64,000 bases of DNA from Chthoniobacteraceae bacterium (GTDB taxonomy: Bacteria; Verrucomicrobiota; Verrucomicrobiia; Chthoniobacterales; Chthoniobacteraceae), in the NCBI GenBank assembly GCA_031411395.1, contig JANOAZ010000201.1:15096-79095 (forward strand). The letters run 5' to 3'. Positions 51,601 to 58,698 of this stretch are shown piece by piece. Position 1 is the first letter of the stretch. Every line of letters begins with the position of its first letter. The translations under genes were made by a program, and so were the position numbers. The notes under the pieces were generated by a model. It did not search any database, was not told the DNA's origin, and saw only the letters and a list, made by a program, of their open reading frames with translations.

Positions 51601-54600
51601 ACCGCCGCGGGCACCGGAGATCTCGGCAACAACGAGGTCGGAATCCTCATCGACAGCGCGGTCGGCACCACCATCGGCGGCGCGGCGGCGGGCTCGCGCA
51701 ATGTCATTTCCGGAAACAACGGCGACGGCATTCGACTCCAGGGCATTGCCTCGACCAACGCCGTGATCCGCGGAAATCGCATCGGCACCAATGCCGCGGG
51801 GACGCTGGCAATCGGGAACAGCGGTGCCGGAATCGCCGTGGTGGGCGTCCCGGGCGTGGCCATCGGCGGAAGCGCGGCGGGGGAAGGAAATCTGATTTCC
51901 GGAAATGGATCGCGCGGGATCGACCTCAGTGGGGCGGCGACCACCGGGACACAGATCCAGGGAAACTTCATCGGGACGAACGCCGCCGGCACCGCAGCGC
52001 TGGGAAATGTCAGCTTCGGCGTTTGGGGTAACGGCTCCAGCACCGCGACCATCGGCGGCACGGCGGCGGGCGCGGGCAATTTGATTTCGGGAAACAGCGA
52101 AGGCGTTCACATCGACGGCGACGGAAACGTGGTGCAGGGAAATCTGATCGGCACCGACGTGACGGGCCTGCTGCCTCTGGGTAACACCGCGTACGGCATC
52201 GTCATCGCAACGAACTCCAACAACAACCTCATCGGCGGGACGGCTGCTGGCGCGCGCAATGTCGTCTCGGCCAACGGTGCCTCGGGCATCGCGATCTTCG
52301 GCTCCACTGTCACGGCCACGCAGATCGAGGGCAACGCCATCGGCACCGACCTGGCGGGCACGCTCGCGCTCGGCAATGGCGCCGAGGGCATCCTCATCAG
52401 TAGCGGAGTGAACACGACCATCGGCGGCACGGGGGCGGGCGCGGGAAATGTGATCGCCTTCAACGTCGGCGACGGCGTGAGGGTGGAGAGCGCGCCGGCG
52501 ACCGGCAACAGCATCCGGGGCAACTCGATCTTCAGCAACGCGGAGCTCGGCATCAACCTCGCCGGGGGCGCGGGCGAAAATGCGGCGGGCGTGACCCCAA
52601 ACGACGCGCTCGACGCCGACACCGGCGCAAATGGACTGCTCAATTTCCCCGTGCTGGCCAGCGCCGTGAGCAGCGCCCTGACGGCGACGATCGCCGGCAC
52701 GCTCCACAGCGCCGGCAGTGGCACCTTCCTCGTCGATTTCTACGCGAGCGCCACGGTCGATCCGTCGGGTTTTGGCGAGGGCCAGATCTATCTCGGCTCG
52801 ACCACCGCGACAACCAACGCCGCGGGCGATGCCACGTTTAATTTCACGACGACCACACTCCCGCCGGCGGGCGGCGTGATCACCGCCACGGCCACCGACC
52901 TATCGGGGAATACCTCGGAGTTTTCCGCCATTGCGGCACTCGCGGTCGGCTTCGTGTGGGATGCCGGCGGCGGCGCGGACACGAGTTGGTTCAATCCGCT
53001 GAACTGGGATCGCGACCTCGGCTCCCCCACCCCGACCGACACTGCCACGCTGAACATCAACGCGACGATCACGCTCGGCGCCGATGCGACGGTGGCTGCC
53101 TTCCAGCAAAGCGCGGGAACGCTCGGCGGCGCCGGCACGCTGACGAGTGCGAGCGACTTCGATGTGCGCGGCGGCACGATCGCCGCGGGCCTCGCAGGCA
53201 ATGTGGGCCTCACGAAGACCACCGCGGGCACCGTGACGCTCTCGGGCATCAACACCTACACCGGCCTCACCATCGTCTCCGCCGGCACGCTGGAACTCAC
53301 CTCCACGGCGAGTGGAGCGAACGGCCCGTTCAGCCTCGGCGGCGGGACGCTGATGTACAATTTCCCCACACCGTCCGAGGTGCTGACTCCCGCGGTCATG
53401 CCCACTGCGGATTCCTCGATTGGCGTCGCGGCCGGCAAAGTCGTCACGCTCGCCGGAGTGCTCAGCGGGCCCGGCGGCTTGACCAAAGTCGGCGCCGGAA
53501 CGCTGGCCCTCGGCAATGCGTTGAACACGTTCGGCCCGGCGGCCGTGACGATCGACGGCGGCACATTGCAAGTCGCCACCGACGGCGCACTCGGCGAGGT
53601 CACGAACCAGATCATCTTCAACAACGGAACGCTCAAGACCACGGGCAGCTTCGCGAGCGCGCGGAAGATTGTCCAAAACGGCACCGCGATCCTCGACGTC
53701 GCCACTGGCACCGCATTGACCCTGATCGGCCCGATCGATGATCCCACTGCTCTGCAAAACAACCGGATCGGTTTGGGCGCTCTTCAGTTCGGGTTCGTTT
53801 TCGTGGATGAACTGCCGGTGCTGCCGGGAAATCCGGTGATCATCTCCGGGACCAGCGTGGCCGCCACCGGCGGTGCCACCGTGAAAGTCCACACCGTCGG
53901 CGGACTCGGCATCCAGATCGACACGATCGCACTGACCAACACCACCAGCACCACCAGCCTCACGATCAAGGGGCCGGGGACGATCAACCGGATCGTGAGC
54001 GACGGCGACCTCGGCTCGCTCGTGCTAGGCACCGGAGTCGTCCTCGGCAACGGAGTCCGCGACTCCGTGCCAGAGCTGGAGATCACCGGCAAGGCGACCA
54101 AGCTCCAGCTCTACGACCTCGCCGCCTACGCCTACATCGACCTCGGCGCGGAGCTGCCCTACGAGGTGCTCCGCCCGAATAGCACGAAGATCGACACCAC
54201 AAAGTCCCAGACCAAGACCAACCGTCCCAACCTGACGATCCACAAAGCAACCGGCCCCGGCGTGCTCATCGATGTGACCGGCGACGGCATGGCGGGCGGC
54301 ATCGGCGGCGGCGGACTCGGCAAGGTCATCGTGGACGAGTGGAATTCCACCGGCATCCCCGGCGCCATCCGCACCACGCAAAGCATCGGCAGCTTCAAGC
54401 TCACCCGCGGCGACTCCACGGTCGTCTTTGAAGTGGATAAATTTCACCTCGGATCGAGCACCACCGCGGCCATCGGCAGCATGACCATCCAGAACGGAAG
54501 CTGGGGCAGCAGCGGCAGCGAGATCGAAGGCAACGTGGGTTCATTCAATGCCAACGCATTCCTCGCCAGCGCCACGCTGACCGCTGGCAGCATGGGCAAA

Positions 54601-56160
54601 TTCACGCTCGACGCCGGCGCCTTCGCGGGTCTGCTCACCCTCACCGATCCCGATGCCGCGGGCATCCCGACCTTCACGGTGGTGGGCAACTTCAGCGGCA
54701 GCGTCGTCTCCAAATCGCCGCTGAAAAAGATCAACGTGAAGGGCGACTTCACCGGCGAACTCGAAGCGCCCTTCATCGGCTCGATTACCGCCTACGCCTT
54801 CCTCGGCACGAACGAGCCTGGCGAATACAACGCGATCACCGCGACTGAAGGCTCGCTCGGCACGCTCACCGCGACCAACGGCGTCGTGCGCAATTTCTCC
54901 ATCGTCACCGACCAGGTCTTCAAGGGCTTCAACATCAAACTCAGCAAGCTGATGGGCGACACCATCGGCATCGACAACGTCCACATCCAGGCCCTCTCGA
55001 TTGGGAATATCAGCGTCAGCCTCGCCGCCTCCCCGACCGCTCCGGCCGGCATCGATCTCGTCGGCATCCTCGACAGCGACTTCATCACCACCGGCAACGG
55101 CGCGACGAAAGCCACGCTCGGCAGCATCGGCAATATCACCGTCACGCTCACCGGCGTGGCGGGCGGGAACTCGGCGACGGGAATCGTGAACTCCACTTTC
55201 GACGCGCTGGTCGAGGCCAATGAATTCCCCGGCAATCCGGCTGCCTCGACGGTCAACGCGCTCGGCAGGATCGCGGTGAAGATCACCGGCCAGGACGGCC
55301 CGAGCCTCGGGCTCGACAACGTGGAATTCCTCGGCAACAGCATCGGCGCCACCGCCGTGAGCGTGAGCCGGGGCACAGCCGTGACTTCGCTGGCGAGCGC
55401 CATCGATCTTGCGGATTACACCGCCACCGGCGCGATCGGCGCGATGACCATCGACGGCGACGCGACCAGCACGCAGGTCACCGGCCTCAATGTGTGGGCT
55501 GGCGCGAATGTCGGCGCGATCACCGTGAAGGCGAAGACGCCCGCGCACGGCACGATCGCGGACAGCTCGATCCTCGCCGGCCAGGCCCTCGACGTGTCTC
55601 CCGGCACCTCACCCGTGCTCCTCGCCAGGCTGGCCAAAGCCACGCTCGGCGCCGTGAACGTCTCGGGATCGATCACCTACACCGACCTCATCGCCGGAGC
55701 TTCGATCGGCGCCGTCACCGTCGGCGGCAGCCTGACCGATTCACTCATCCTCGCCGGCGCCCTCCTCGGCGACGACCTCGCGCTCGGCGGCAGCGGTGCG
55801 AATATCGACATCTTCCAGCGCGCCGCCGCCATCGCCGCGGTGACCGTGAAAGGCGCATCCGGCGGCATCTTCGCCCGCACCTCCATCATCGCCGGTGTGA
55901 GTCCCGGGAATGGCATCTTCGGCGACAGCGGCGACGCCGTGGGCATCATCCTCGGCGCGCTGCCCAACATGAGTTCCATCGGTGTCATCAGCCTGCCCGC
56001 AGGCGTCCTCGCCTCCGTCACGGGCAGTCAGCAATACGGCATCGAGGCCGCGAAAATCACGAGCCTCAAGCTCGGCCTCGCCGCAGCCGTCCCCATCACC
56101 GCCACCAAGCTCCTCGATCTCTCCGGCGGCGATGACGTACTCGTAAAGCTGATCGCGTAA
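42676..56160 (+). CDS. Giant surface/adhesin-like protein (4494 aa): LEPR-XLL-like leader, DUF5650-like repeats, autotransporter-associated beta-strand repeats, CSLREA-like/parallel beta-helix region
   Basis: VEPLESRIAPAA; 11 NGNYVV..WDNG..GAVTW repeats; LTKxGxGTLTLSxxNTY units; SLREAI; repeated GNxIGT...N.ISGN units. Confidence 0.9.
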   Translation: MIPPNPTKSRSRDVSVPHPGRVRSSHGVEPLESRIAPAALFPEFVDPNPSAGNGFGAFIVPLITGKVVVTSPQADVGGTDTGAVYLYDGATGALISTLVGSRPGDQVGSTGITALTNGNFVVRSANWDNGGVVDAGAVTWGHGMNGVNGAVNPGNSLVGSTTSDQVGITGVSPLGNGHFVVRSAVWDNGGAVDAGAVTWGNGTTGVNGPVSAANSLVGMTASDGVGTTLVTLSNGNYVVGSPSWDNGGLANVGAATWGNGTVGVSGAVSPANSLVGATAGDQVTMASIGVGIAALTNGNYVVRSENWDNGGVVNAGAATWGDGTTGVSGSVSVANSLVGSRLGDFVSSGGIAMLTNGNYVVRSQSWDNGVAAANAGAATWGSGTAGVIGAVSAANSLVGSTANNNVSSNNVLALPNGNYVVLSLGWDDGGTANVGAATWGDGTTGISGVVSAANSLVGTTADDAVGNSSTILSNGNYVLRSPNWDNGPVANAGAVTWGNAATGISGPVSQANSLVGTAAEDQVGNSLVLALTNGNYVVSSSLWDDGPVADVGAVTWGNGVTGSIGAVSTANSLVGSTQSDQLGNSGALTALTNGNYVVRSLNWDNGPVVDAGAVTWGSGAAGVIGTVSPANSLVGSTTSDQVGTGGVAALTNGNYVVRSTNWDNGAIVNAGAATWGNGASGVTGAVSPANSLVGSTANDNVSNTGGIGGIPLPNGNYVVTSGNWDNGALVNAGAVTWGSGAAGVTGEVTVANSTLGLVANAGPVAHIVDTTNNNFISRFSGEGKIRVRSMDDGLAAPGGSLASTLIGGTLTILDTAGVLNNLSVTVTAGNLVITDANEQFASAPAGATLSNGFRTLTIALSAITAGFTFDGAGGDDLLTLDFSGGNVIPNGGILFQAAAQGALGDSLAITGGTTGTVTHSFTNATDGSVTLAGALAGTISYTGVEPITDNLAAADRGFTFNGGAEAISVSDAAGAAMLIDSSVGAPVTFPNPTTSITINAGSGDDTINITSLDAAYTGALTILGDAANDNISLAGGLPNLAALTTNSETLGALPALTLGAGGLHLTTGTGGIILNGAISSAGNSTLDSAAGITFNQSIAMAVNTNLTVNALGTSNGTINFATANADLAASGTGAISLTTVRNILMTTVGASVRTVNGDITMNANQQAVQTSGDFFGVRVDDGLIEASGTGSIAINGRGGIDPAGVFTCGLSFINTPVRTNTGSITMAGVGGQTLGNQNNGLQVHTGGIVESTGGGSIDLTGTGGGGNNAPGTGQVMHGIRVLLGGIVRTTAAGNITLTGTGGAVGSASDNYGVRIDNAGALTSSGFGTITINATGGANNAPAFRTDTGTNRVGFDGVNPYTGAIVINADSMDIANATIQTAGTATLRQKTNTTQINLGAADSGGVLGLTNAELDQVTAGTLQIGDASSGAITVSAAILHANNLTFTTGAGVSGAGALTLAPGKNLGVTASGAINLTGPLVVPGTATFTAGANAITLTNAGNDFGGAVALSNSGTGNVSIVDANALTLGASTVGTGTLAATAGGALTVSGAIGFGGGLNLTVNGADQPLFVQGTLTKASGGNATANLKATGEVRFESSADLTVGAGALALILNSDSDANNAGGVLIDTGSVLATNGGNVTIGGGASPATTPTGGFDGAFANRGVLIITGGSIDAGAGNVSIQGHGRDGGAGFATAIEIQGSVTTTTGSITFVGTGGNNAVNLGNGVQVQGVVESTAGGSINLNGTAAGTGQANLGIRIFATGTVRTTGAGNITITGTGSATGTNTSNYGVSFASGSTVAIAGSGAIAINANAGANSAAFFMATGTNRIGFDGVTPYSGNITINANSVSLAEHSIVTTSTVTFLPLTASATISLGGAAMLDLTDAELDGVTAGLVQIGNGTGGPITIGAAITHANDLSLTTGAGVTFNQPVTMVVNKSLTATAGATGTVTVGAALTASGTGAIQLTGQDVTGAGTIATDGGLTVSNTGTASTLSNAISGTGSLTKTGSGTLTLSASNSYSGSTVVNGGTLLIDGTLTNTASVAAVTGATLGGIGTIAAPVTTNNGRLAPGGSPGALSTGSVAFNPVSNFDVEINGAALASHDQLNVTGSVTLTGVNLNPTGSITSVPGQQVVLIANDAAEPVSGTFNGLIEGAAVTVNGVTFNITYAGGTDNNDVVLVQPAPPVIETELTLVAGDLVITDIAAGGHSGTLTLQPQPGNGLYLITDPNRNLAATGIPGANVSPDLHTVTVPFAAVTGTQILVNSLAGDDTLTVDLALGPLAKTLSFDGGTHAGEGDKLSVTGPAVTTATFAFINAQAGGITLAGSSGITYTGLEGVDTSIPSTNLTLNYDASAPNTITVTDGGGGKTTVAATEGATLKVVNPSGTLTVNGGSGGDTFNLDSLSNFAGALTFDGKVGTDAVNLAAGLPTMAGLTVVAETIAALPALTIGAGGLAITATAGAITQVGALNVTGLASFDAGANAITLTNAANAFGTVSIGGGGTVSLLDDSGFELGAANVSTLLSVESAGAITQSAPITGTGGLTKLGLGTLTLSAANTYTGPTNVNTGTLLVNGSLADGAAATDVTVAPGATLGGTGTINGSVANSGTVQPGGTGAAGTITITGAYSQGAGGTLAAELGGTGAGQFDVLNVGATATLDGTLNATVLGGFTPPLNSTYQILAAGTRSGTFATTNVPPGFVALFPGAAVLLAAPLDPLLVTTTADVVNAGDALTSLREAITFANGNAGLDTITFAIPGGGVQTIVPTSALPTITSALVIDGYSQPGSSVNTATAGSNAVPLIVLNGATAGASSNGLTLTAGGSTIRGLVINGFTAHGIRLTGATADGNVIEGNFIGTNASGGAGPGITGAAVFIDAGAGANLIGGTTLASRNILSNSLQGVFITGAGSGGNTIHGNLIGTNAAGTAGLPNASGIHTQSPGTIIGGAGANEGNVLSGNNFKGIHIDGPAGARSAVILGNLIGTTAAGTGDLGNNEVGILIDSAVGTTIGGAAAGSRNVISGNNGDGIRLQGIASTNAVIRGNRIGTNAAGTLAIGNSGAGIAVVGVPGVAIGGSAAGEGNLISGNGSRGIDLSGAATTGTQIQGNFIGTNAAGTAALGNVSFGVWGNGSSTATIGGTAAGAGNLISGNSEGVHIDGDGNVVQGNLIGTDVTGLLPLGNTAYGIVIATNSNNNLIGGTAAGARNVVSANGASGIAIFGSTVTATQIEGNAIGTDLAGTLALGNGAEGILISSGVNTTIGGTGAGAGNVIAFNVGDGVRVESAPATGNSIRGNSIFSNAELGINLAGGAGENAAGVTPNDALDADTGANGLLNFPVLASAVSSALTATIAGTLHSAGSGTFLVDFYASATVDPSGFGEGQIYLGSTTATTNAAGDATFNFTTTTLPPAGGVITATATDLSGNTSEFSAIAALAVGFVWDAGGGADTSWFNPLNWDRDLGSPTPTDTATLNINATITLGADATVAAFQQSAGTLGGAGTLTSASDFDVRGGTIAAGLAGNVGLTKTTAGTVTLSGINTYTGLTIVSAGTLELTSTASGANGPFSLGGGTLMYNFPTPSEVLTPAVMPTADSSIGVAAGKVVTLAGVLSGPGGLTKVGAGTLALGNALNTFGPAAVTIDGGTLQVATDGALGEVTNQIIFNNGTLKTTGSFASARKIVQNGTAILDVATGTALTLIGPIDDPTALQNNRIGLGALQFGFVFVDELPVLPGNPVIISGTSVAATGGATVKVHTVGGLGIQIDTIALTNTTSTTSLTIKGPGTINRIVSDGDLGSLVLGTGVVLGNGVRDSVPELEITGKATKLQLYDLAAYAYIDLGAELPYEVLRPNSTKIDTTKSQTKTNRPNLTIHKATGPGVLIDVTGDGMAGGIGGGGLGKVIVDEWNSTGIPGAIRTTQSIGSFKLTRGDSTVVFEVDKFHLGSSTTAAIGSMTIQNGSWGSSGSEIEGNVGSFNANAFLASATLTAGSMGKFTLDAGAFAGLLTLTDPDAAGIPTFTVVGNFSGSVVSKSPLKKINVKGDFTGELEAPFIGSITAYAFLGTNEPGEYNAITATEGSLGTLTATNGVVRNFSIVTDQVFKGFNIKLSKLMGDTIGIDNVHIQALSIGNISVSLAASPTAPAGIDLVGILDSDFITTGNGATKATLGSIGNITVTLTGVAGGNSATGIVNSTFDALVEANEFPGNPAASTVNALGRIAVKITGQDGPSLGLDNVEFLGNSIGATAVSVSRGTAVTSLASAIDLADYTATGAIGAMTIDGDATSTQVTGLNVWAGANVGAITVKAKTPAHGTIADSSILAGQALDVSPGTSPVLLARLAKATLGAVNVSGSITYTDLIAGASIGAVTVGGSLTDSLILAGALLGDDLALGGSGANIDIFQRAAAIAAVTVKGASGGIFARTSIIAGVSPGNGIFGDSGDAVGIILGALPNMSSIGVISLPAGVLASVTGSQQYGIEAAKITSLKLGLAAAVPITATKLLDLSGGDDVLVKLIA
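43015..44940 (+). repeat. Eleven intragenic ~180-bp (~60-aa) tandem repeats, DUF5650-like
   Basis: LxNGNYVVxSxxWDNG...GAxTWGxG...GxVSxANSLVG counted 11 times. Confidence 0.9.
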
Positions 56161-56228
56161 GTCCGCCGACGCGTGCTACTTATCATTCCTTGTCAGTCCG
56201 CCGCAATTGTGGCGATATCGCGCGCGTT

Positions 56229-58601
56229 ATGGCTTCAACCAGATTCGCCGACCGGATCGCATCAGGGACGCAAGGCGCGGCGCCCGTCATCCGCAAAATC
56301 TTGCTTCGATTGCTGACCCTCGCCCTGTTCTCCCCATGCATTCCCGGGCTGGCGAATGCAGCCGGCGGACCCGCCATCGACGCGGCAAAAAACATGGCGG
56401 CTGGCGAAACACTGGCCGGGCGCGGGCAATTTGAGGAAGCCGTCGTACGCTGGCGCGAAGCGGCGCGTGGCTACGCGAAGGCTATGGATGTGGACGGCGA
56501 GATTCGCGCGCGGCTTCTCGAAATGGAGGCTTGCCAGTCGCTCGGGCAGCGCCGAATCGCCCAGCACGCCCTCGGCGCGGCGGACGCGCTGGCTGGCGGA
56601 AATGCCCGGCGCGAAGCGCAGGTGAAGGCGGCTCGCGGCGCGATCAGCATTTTTGCACGGGAAGCCGATCGGGCGGAACCGCTGCTTCTCGAGAGTTTGA
56701 AAATGGCTCGCGCGGGAAACGACGACGCGCTCGCCGCGACCGTCTTGAACAGCCTCGGCATTCTGTTCGCGGCGCAAGGCAGACACCCCGAGGCGCGCGC
56801 CGCGTTCGAGGAAACGGCCACGCTTGCCGAACGGCTCGGCGATGCGGGCCTCGCGGCGAACGCTCGCAAAGGCACGGCGGACGCCGCCTTCGGTACGAAG
56901 AATTTTGCGGACGCGGAGCGACTGGCGGGCGCGGCTTCGAAGACGGCTGCCGCATTGCCGGATGGCCACGGCAAGGCATTCCTCCTCATGGGAGTGGCGC
57001 AACTCCTCCAGCAGATTTTCATCGCAGCGCCGGAACACAAAAACGCGCTGCGCGCCCAGGCTTTCCGGCTGCATCAGGACGCCGCCCGGGTCGCGGAGGA
57101 GACGGGGGATCAGCGCTCGCTCGCCTATGCGCTCGGCTACCAGGGCGCGCTTTACGAATTCGAAAAGCGCAATGCGGATGCCCTCAAGCTCACCCGCCGC
57201 GCGGTCTTCGCCGCGCAGCAGGCGCGGTCGCCCGATGCGCTCTATCGCTGGCAATGGCAGGCCGCGCGACTCCTCGCGAAACAGCACGAACGCGAGAGCG
57301 CGATCGAGACCTACCAGCGCGCGGTGGCCACCCTCCAGACGATCCGCAATGACGTGTCCATTCGCCACGGCAACCGCAACGCGCGCTCGTCCTTCCGCGA
57401 GGTGGCCGGCGGGATTTATCTCGAGCTGGCCGATCTGCTCCTCCAGCGGGCGGATACGATCACGGACGGCGAGGAAATCCAGACGCTGCTCCGCGAAGCG
57501 CGGGATACTGCGGAACTGCTCAAGGCGGCGGAGCTGGAAGACTATTTCCAGGACGACTGCGTGAATCTGCTCAGGTCGAAGACGAAGAAAGTCGAAACCA
57601 TTTCGACCACCGCTGCGGTGATCTACATCGTCGCCCTGCCGACGCGCACCGAGCTGCTGGTCAGCCTGCCTTCGGGCAAGGTGGAGCGCTTCAAAGTCGA
57701 TGTGACCGAGGAAAGGCTGACCGAGACCGTGCGCCGCTTCCGGCTGAATCTCGAAGACCGCACCACGGAAAGTTTTCTGGAGGAGGCGCGACAACTTTAC
57801 ACCTGGCTGATCAAGCCGCTCGAACCGCTCATGGCGAACGGCCAGCTCGACACCATGGTCTTCGTGCCCGACGGCGCGCTGCGCACCATCCCCATGTCGG
57901 CGCTGCATGACGGCGGAAAATTCCTCATCGAAAAATACGCCGTCGCGGTCACGCCGGGCCTCGAGCTGATGGAGGCAAAGCCGGCCGCGCGCGTGCAGGC
58001 GCGGGTGCTGATCAGCGGGCTCTCCGAGGAAAAGGAGGGCTTCGCCGCGCTGGTCCACGTGCCGGCGGAGCTGGCGCACCTCGAGGAGGTCTATCACCAG
58101 AGCGACGCGCTGATGAACCAGAAGTTTTTGCACGCCGCCGTGGGCGCCAAACTCACCACCGAGCAATTCACCATCGTGCATATCGCCTCGCATGGGCACT
58201 TCGACGAAGACGTGCGCAAGAGCTTCGTCCTGACCTTCGACAAGCGCCTCACCCTCGACGATCTCGAACGTTACATCCGCCCCGCACAACTCCGCGACCA
58301 GCAGCTCGAACTGCTCACCCTGAGCGCCTGCCAGACCGCGGCGGGCGACGACCGCGCGGCCCTCGGTCTCGCCGGCGTGGCCGTGAAAGCGGGCGCCCGC
58401 AGCGCCTTCGCCACGCTCTGGTTCGTGAACGACGCCGCCTCGACGCAACTCGTGAAAGACTTCTACACCGAGCTGACCTCGCATCCCGAACAGAGCAAGG
58501 CGCAAGCGCTGCAAGTCGCGCAAAAGAAGCTGCTCGTGCAGGAGCGCTACTCCCATCCGTGCTACTGGGCGCCCTATCTCCTGATCGGCAACTGGCTGTG
58601 A
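56229..58601 (+). CDS. TPR-CHAT (caspase-like cysteine protease) protein with a putative signal peptide; start uncertain
   Basis: RKILLRLLTLALFSPCIPGLANA; TPR-like helices; FVPDGALRTIPMSALHDG, HIASHG, LSACQTA, LWFVND, HPCYWAPYLLIGNWL. Confidence 0.9.
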   Translation: MASTRFADRIASGTQGAAPVIRKILLRLLTLALFSPCIPGLANAAGGPAIDAAKNMAAGETLAGRGQFEEAVVRWREAARGYAKAMDVDGEIRARLLEMEACQSLGQRRIAQHALGAADALAGGNARREAQVKAARGAISIFAREADRAEPLLLESLKMARAGNDDALAATVLNSLGILFAAQGRHPEARAAFEETATLAERLGDAGLAANARKGTADAAFGTKNFADAERLAGAASKTAAALPDGHGKAFLLMGVAQLLQQIFIAAPEHKNALRAQAFRLHQDAARVAEETGDQRSLAYALGYQGALYEFEKRNADALKLTRRAVFAAQQARSPDALYRWQWQAARLLAKQHERESAIETYQRAVATLQTIRNDVSIRHGNRNARSSFREVAGGIYLELADLLLQRADTITDGEEIQTLLREARDTAELLKAAELEDYFQDDCVNLLRSKTKKVETISTTAAVIYIVALPTRTELLVSLPSGKVERFKVDVTEERLTETVRRFRLNLEDRTTESFLEEARQLYTWLIKPLEPLMANGQLDTMVFVPDGALRTIPMSALHDGGKFLIEKYAVAVTPGLELMEAKPAARVQARVLISGLSEEKEGFAALVHVPAELAHLEEVYHQSDALMNQKFLHAAVGAKLTTEQFTIVHIASHGHFDEDVRKSFVLTFDKRLTLDDLERYIRPAQLRDQQLELLTLSACQTAAGDDRAALGLAGVAVKAGARSAFATLWFVNDAASTQLVKDFYTELTSHPEQSKAQALQVAQKKLLVQERYSHPCYWAPYLLIGNWL

Positions 58602-58698
58602 AGGCGCTTCGCAAGAGTCTAAGGGGGTCTCGTTAAAAGACCGGCGTATTTACGCGACTGTAGGACCTCGGACGCGCCCGCAAACCGAAGAAACTCCC

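Noticed and set aside
47608-52707. 1699-aa minus-strand ORF (also 42583..45432)
   Set aside because: Antisense shadow of the 4494-aa gene with no recognisable motifs
56229-58601. TPR-CHAT as the Csx29 protease of a type III-E CRISPR (Craspase) system
   Set aside because: No cas7-11, csx30/31 or array in the window; the signal-like N-terminus and adhesin context fit a different role
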